Below, piece after piece: positions 57,892 to 64,000 of a DNA stretch of 64,000 nucleotides. The translations under genes were made by a program, and so were the position numbers. Below the pieces are notes generated by a model, which saw nothing but the letters and a program-made list of their open reading frames with translations, was not told the origin of the DNA and ran no database searches. The stretch is from NCBI RefSeq assembly GCF_009914755.1, contig NC_060928.1, one strand, 5' to 3'. The stretch is from the human T2T-CHM13v2.0 reference genome, Homo sapiens. Each line of letters starts with the position of its first letter. The first letter of the stretch is position 1.

Positions 57892-58112
57892 GTAAGTCTA
57901 AATTCTGTTAATTTTTTGTGAGGACTATTTAAAGGTTTACTCGAGAATGCTAGTACAAATTACATAAATAAATGTACCAAATGTTGTTATTGTTGCCAAT
58001 CTTGGGCCCATATGGGGAAGGTTCTTATTTTTACAAGTTGCAGAAGTATGGTGAAAAACATATTTTTGAATAAGAAGTTAGAAAATTTTGAAATTTAATA
58101 TTTTATACTTGA

Positions 58113-58488
<376 letters not shown>

Positions 58489-58513
58489 TAGTGTCTCTCA
58501 AATATATTACTAG

Positions 58514-58621
58514 GACTTGAGTAAACTGTCTGCAGTATTGGAAGACACAGAAAATTGGCTTTATGAAGACGGAGAGGACCAACCTAAACAAGTTTATGTG
58601 GATAAGCTTCAAGAACTAAAG
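58514..58621 (+). CDS. HSPA4L: HSPA4L exon 16
   Basis: actag| [36 protein letters not shown] |gtacat; Hsp110 [10 protein letters not shown] motif. Confidence 0.96.
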
Positions 58622-58704
58622 GTACATTTTTTTAAAGTCCATGTTAGTATAAACCAGTAACTTTTTCTAAAAATTAGGGTGTAAGAGCACAGTTTATGTT
58701 CTAT

Positions 58705-59375
58705 TAATTTTTAATTTTTTAATTGAGAGGAAAATTGTATATATTTGTGGTGTACGACATGTTTTGATTATGCACACATTGTGGAATGGCTAAGTCAAAC
58801 TATTTAACAAATGCATTACCTCACATACATTTCTTTCTTTGGGGGGGAGAACACTTAAAATCTACTCTCTCAACCAATTTTCAAATATACAGTATATTGT
58901 TAAGTATATATGGTAACTGTGGTTACCATGATGTACAATAGATCTCTTGGACTTACTCCTCTTGTCTAATTCAAATGTTGTGTCCTTTGACCAGTAGCTC
59001 TCCATCATACCATCCCCTGATAACCACCAATTCTACTATCTGATTCTAAGAGCTTACCTTTTTTAGATTCAACCTTTGAGATCATGCAGTATTTGTCTTT
59101 TTGTGCCTGGCTTATTTCACTTAGCATAATGTCCTCCAGGTTCATCTAAGTTGTCTCAAATGACAGGATTTACTTCTTTTTAAGGCTGAATAGTATTCTG
59201 TTGTATATGCATACCACGTTTTCTTTATCCATCATTTCACTGATGGACACTTAGATTGAGTCTCTATTTTGGCTATTGTGAATAATGCTGCAGTGAACAT
59301 GGAGTTTAGATATCTCTTTGGCATAGTGATTTTATTTTCTTTGGATAGATACACAGTAGTGAGATTGCTGGATCT
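58705..59375 (-). mobile_element. L1MA 3' fragment
   Basis: aattgtatatatttgtggtgtacgacatg...gtacaatagatctcttg...cagtagtgagattgctggatc. Confidence 0.8.
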
Positions 59376-59850
59376 GTATGTTTTTAGTAAGTATGTGAAA
59401 AATTACTAAATCAGAAATGTATAAGAGGAAATGTTCTAATTTTAAAAGCATTTTGAGAAGCCAGCAATGCTATATAATTGAAATCAGATATTGTATAGTC
59501 ATAATGTTGAAATATAAATGTTTATAGATGATCAGAGTGTTACTTTTGCACAAGCTATATATTACTGGCATGTCTTTAAGAAGTGATAAGTATATCATCT
59601 TGACCATTAAAGGAGTCACCCTCTTCTCCTGCTCCTCTGACTGTTAACTGTCTGATGTTAGGGAGTAATACCACACTGGTCTGTTGTATTTTCAGTGTCA
59701 CTGCTCTTGAATTTTAACGTCCTTTCACAAATCAAGAGACTTGGCCACAAAATCTCCTTTTTTAGGTCAGTGGTGTTATTTTAGGGAAAGACCTTCCATA
59801 CTTGCTACCAAATCTGGAAAAAGTACCTTAAAAGATTAAAAGTTTATATT

Positions 59851-60180
<330 letters not shown>

Positions 60181-60207
60181 TCAGTCATTCCTTCTTAGTA
60201 TGGATCA

Positions 60208-60355
60208 TAGCAGTTCTTTAATGTGCATATGAATTACCTGGGTGCTTATTGAAATGGAAATTTTGATTCAGTAGATACAAGGTGGGCCCACTTTTAACAA
60301 ACTTCCAAGTGATGCTGATGATGCTGGTCCCTGAACTATTCTTTGAGTAGCAAGG
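60208..60355. mobile_element. MER5A-like element
   Basis: gaattacctggg...tgattcagtag...ttttaacaaacttccaagtgatgctgatgatgctggtcc...tttgagtagcaagg. Confidence 0.7.
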
Positions 60356-60637
60356 GATTATATAGATGCTAAATGATGACATTAACAAGGATTTTTAGAA
60401 TATGGGGAAAGATGGCCCTTTACAACTTGGGACAGGCATGAGGTGGGGGAAGGTGTGCAAAAGAAGTTACTCAACTTAAAAGTAAAAGAAGTTAATACTG
60501 TGCAAAAAATTACCTTCATGCCAACAAATACTTCCAAAGGAAATAATTAGAAAACCTAAGTTTATGATAGCAAAACTAGGCTTTACCATGTCTTCTTGGT
60601 AGTTTTTAATCCCTGTCTCCCTAAAAGAAACACAAGC

Positions 60638-60950
<313 letters not shown>

Positions 60951-61120
60951 AACATAAGCCAAGCAGCTGAGGCCAGTAGAAATAACTGGAAATCCCAGCA
61001 GTTCCTATTATGGATTCTTCTGCTTCAAATATGTAAGTAGCCATAGAAATGAATGTTAGAGAAGTTTTCACAAGTTTTACTTTTTCTGTTTTTGAGATGG
61101 CATTTAAAAATTTAAAATGG

Positions 61121-61408
61121 TGGCTAGGAGCAGTGAATCACACCTGTAATGTTGGCACTTTGAGTGGCCAAGGCAGGAGAATCACTTGAAGCCAGGAGTT
61201 CAAGACCAGCCTTGAGCAACAAAGCAAGACCCCATCTCTACAAAAAAATAAATTAGCCAGGCACAGTGGTATGTGCCTGTAGTTCCAGGTTGGGAGGCTG
61301 AGGCAGAAGGATCACTTGAGCCCAGGAATTTGAGGCTGCAGTAAGCTGTCGCCATTGCACTCCAGCCTAGGTGACAGAGCAAGACCCTGTCCCAATGAAA
61401 AAAAAAAA
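61121..61408 (+). mobile_element. AluJ-like
   Basis: Diverged dimer with A tail. Confidence 0.85.
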
Positions 61409-62301
61409 TGCAGTACTTGCTTCCCTTTCAAAAACATTTAAACTATAAAAAGTATGACGTGAATAGACCAAATGTAGTAATGGTATCCTGGAACAGATGA
61501 TAATGAACTCTGAATAAAGACTGTAGTCCAGTTAATAGTAATGCTCCAGTGGTAGTTTCTTAGTTTTGACAAATGTACCCTAAGATGCTAACATTAGAGA
61601 AAAGCATAGAGAAGCGTCTGGTGCTTGCTCTCTGTATAATTTCCTTTTAACTTTTCTGTAAATCTAAAACTGTTCTAAAATAAGCCGATTTTTATTTAAG
61701 TATATAAAGAATTTAAAAGAAAATATTTTATCCTTCTAATGTGCTCCCCTTCCCAAAACTACAGAGTCTGTTTTAACATTTAGAAACTCCTTAATCCAAG
61801 ACATGTAGGGGAAAAACCTACATATACTACAGTACACATTTTACTGATTAAATGTATAAATAATATTTAGTTGATAATAATTATCAGTCCCAGTAATTAT
61901 GTTGTACATAGAGGGTTATATTATGATTTTGAGTATTTGATACCAAGTTTCAAATCTACAAATTCTGCATGCAGTATAGTTTTTACAGTTTTCTTATTTT
62001 AATAGTTCTATAAAGTTTTAACACCCAGCTTTTAAGGAATTAAAGTTTTGATTGAGACATTGGATTTGAGAAGCTAAGAAGTAATCTTAATGAGTGAGAA
62101 AAAGATAAGGTGTGTGGAAGGCATCCTTGTGTAGGATTGAGGAAGTAGCTACTGTAACTTGCTTCCATACAGGAAAATAAGAGGGGATATATTTTTATCT
62201 GTCCATCTTTTCTTCCTATTTATCATCCTATAAGGGCCCTATAAAAGTTTTCTGTTAAAACTCAAAAATTTTTCTTCTTTAAAAATTTCTTATGTTAACA
62301 G

Positions 62302-62421
62302 AAATACGGCCAGCCTATTCAAATGAAGTACATGGAGCATGAAGAGAGACCAAAAGCCTTAAATGACTTGGGAAAAAAGATCCAACTTGTCATGAAAGTG
62401 ATAGAAGCTTATAGAAACAAG
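62302..62421 (+). CDS. HSPA4L: HSPA4L exon 17 (gene continues beyond the window)
   Basis: aacag| [40 protein letters not shown] |gtattg. Confidence 0.96.
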
Positions 62422-63019
62422 GTATTGAATTCATAAAGCCAATTGGTGACGATGGCATGTGCATGGTACATAGAATGGGGCAAATCTAAAAGTTCTCAGC
62501 TACAAAGCTATAGCAGTTGTATCTATCAAATTCCAGAGACTTTGTGTACCAAACTTAAAACTTTTTTTTTTATTGGAGAATTTCACTTAAGGATTCTGAT
62601 ACATTTGAAATACAGTAAAGGTATGTAGCTTTCATCTTTTAGAATTTCCTGAAACTACATTATAAAATAACCCAGTGACCAAATCCATTGTTTTCTTCCT
62701 AGAGATTTCATTTTTATGTTTTTCATATAGTGAAAAAGAGGACCTCTTTGACTTTTTTTAAATTATGGGCCTCTTTGAGACTGGACTCTGCTAGCCTTTA
62801 TTTTGTTTCTTGGCTTATTTTTCTTTTAGTTGCTTTTTGTCCTCCAGTCCATTAGTCATCCATAATCTCCTGTACGCTTTATTCTTTTATGTACATATTC
62901 AAATCTATATAACCTTAATCTTTCCACTGTCAAATATGTAGTTATACAGATGATACTTCCATTTAGATATAACCGTAAAATTTGAGAAAATTAAGCTTAT
63001 TGTTTTGTTTCCTCTAAAT

Positions 63020-63235
63020 CAGTAGTTATCAGACTTTTTTTAAGACAAACAATATTTTAGGCTTTGTAGTTTTTACTGTGTCTGTACAGCTATTCTTATC
63101 TGCCACTGTAGCACAAAAGTACCATAGACAATACACAAACTAATGGACATGGCTGTGTTCCCAAAAACTTTATTTAAAAAATCATAAGCAGTGGCTGGAT
63201 TTAGCCGATGGGACAAGTTTTTTAATCCCTACTCT
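63020..63235. mobile_element. MER58A-like element
   Basis: aatattttaggctttgtag...ctgccactgtagcacaaaag...catggctgtgttcccaaaaactttattt. Confidence 0.75.
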
Positions 63236-64000
63236 AAGTAAATATTCTCTGTAATCCCTAGTTTTTGTCATTGATGTTAAACATGCATTAGTAGGAAGAA
63301 GAGACCAGCACCAGAAATATTCAAGCATGTCAAAATAGCTTACATTTATTGTGCACATCATGAATTTTAAGTACTTTATGTGGATTATCTCACCAGGATA
63401 TATCCTATACAAAGTTAATGCTATTATCTTTATTTTACAATTAAGAAAACGGAAATACTTAAGCAACTTATTGAGGTTTACCCAAGTAGTTAATGATGGA
63501 ATCAACATTCAAACCTAACCAGTCTGACATCAATATACAAATTCCCAGCAACTATACTGCTTTCCACTACACAAAATTGAGAAGAATTACTTATTTTAGA
63601 AATAAGAGATTTTTTAGTTTTGTGAAACAAAAACTGCAGTCCAGAAAACCTAAAGGAAAAATTCAGATATTGATTGTAAATATGCCTGCTAATATCAGTG
63701 TTCAAATTGTTCTTATAGGCACAGATAGAATGTTGTAAGGATAATGAAAAAGTAAGAAGGAAGAAACAACCCAATGAAAACACCAAGAATATTTTAAATC
63801 TGGTATAATTACTAGTGTCACAGTGCTCCCCAGGCTTTAGCTATCTTCTTCAATATGCACATTTAAGATATTATCCCACACAAGGCAAGACTTCACTTTT
63901 GCTCAAACATTTGAGTTTTTATTATGTGCTAGGCTATTTTCTAGATGACTGAACTATATTGTCAAACAAAACATTGAACTTGTTTTTAATATGCTTCAAT

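Overview
Human or great-ape genomic DNA. I recognise it from the encoded proteins as the SLC25A31-HSPA4L region (human 4q28.1 from recall). All protein-coding exons are on the + strand. The window holds the last three coding exons and 3' UTR of SLC25A31 (ANT4, testis ADP/ATP carrier), a repeat-rich spacer with an ERV1 solo LTR, the CpG-island promoter of HSPA4L (APG-1/OSP94, Hsp110 family), and HSPA4L coding exons 1-17 (codons 1-722; the rest lies beyond the window). Two processed retrocopies sit in HSPA4L introns: a disabled INIP (SOSS-C) copy in sense orientation in intron 11, and an RPL21 copy with an intact 160-codon ORF in antisense orientation in intron 12. The rest is Alu, L1, L2, MIR, MLT1, Tigger and MER repeats, and most entries in the supplied ORF track are spurious. 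I see no new multi-gene biological system. The best leads are possible alternative HSPA4L N-termini, a symmetric acidic-loop exon flanked by inverted repeats, a local duplication bracketing exon 5, two perfect intronic hairpins and several motif clusters. Exon boundaries were read base by base and checked for frame. Repeat boundaries and subfamilies are by eye and approximate. Comparisons with reference proteins are from memory.
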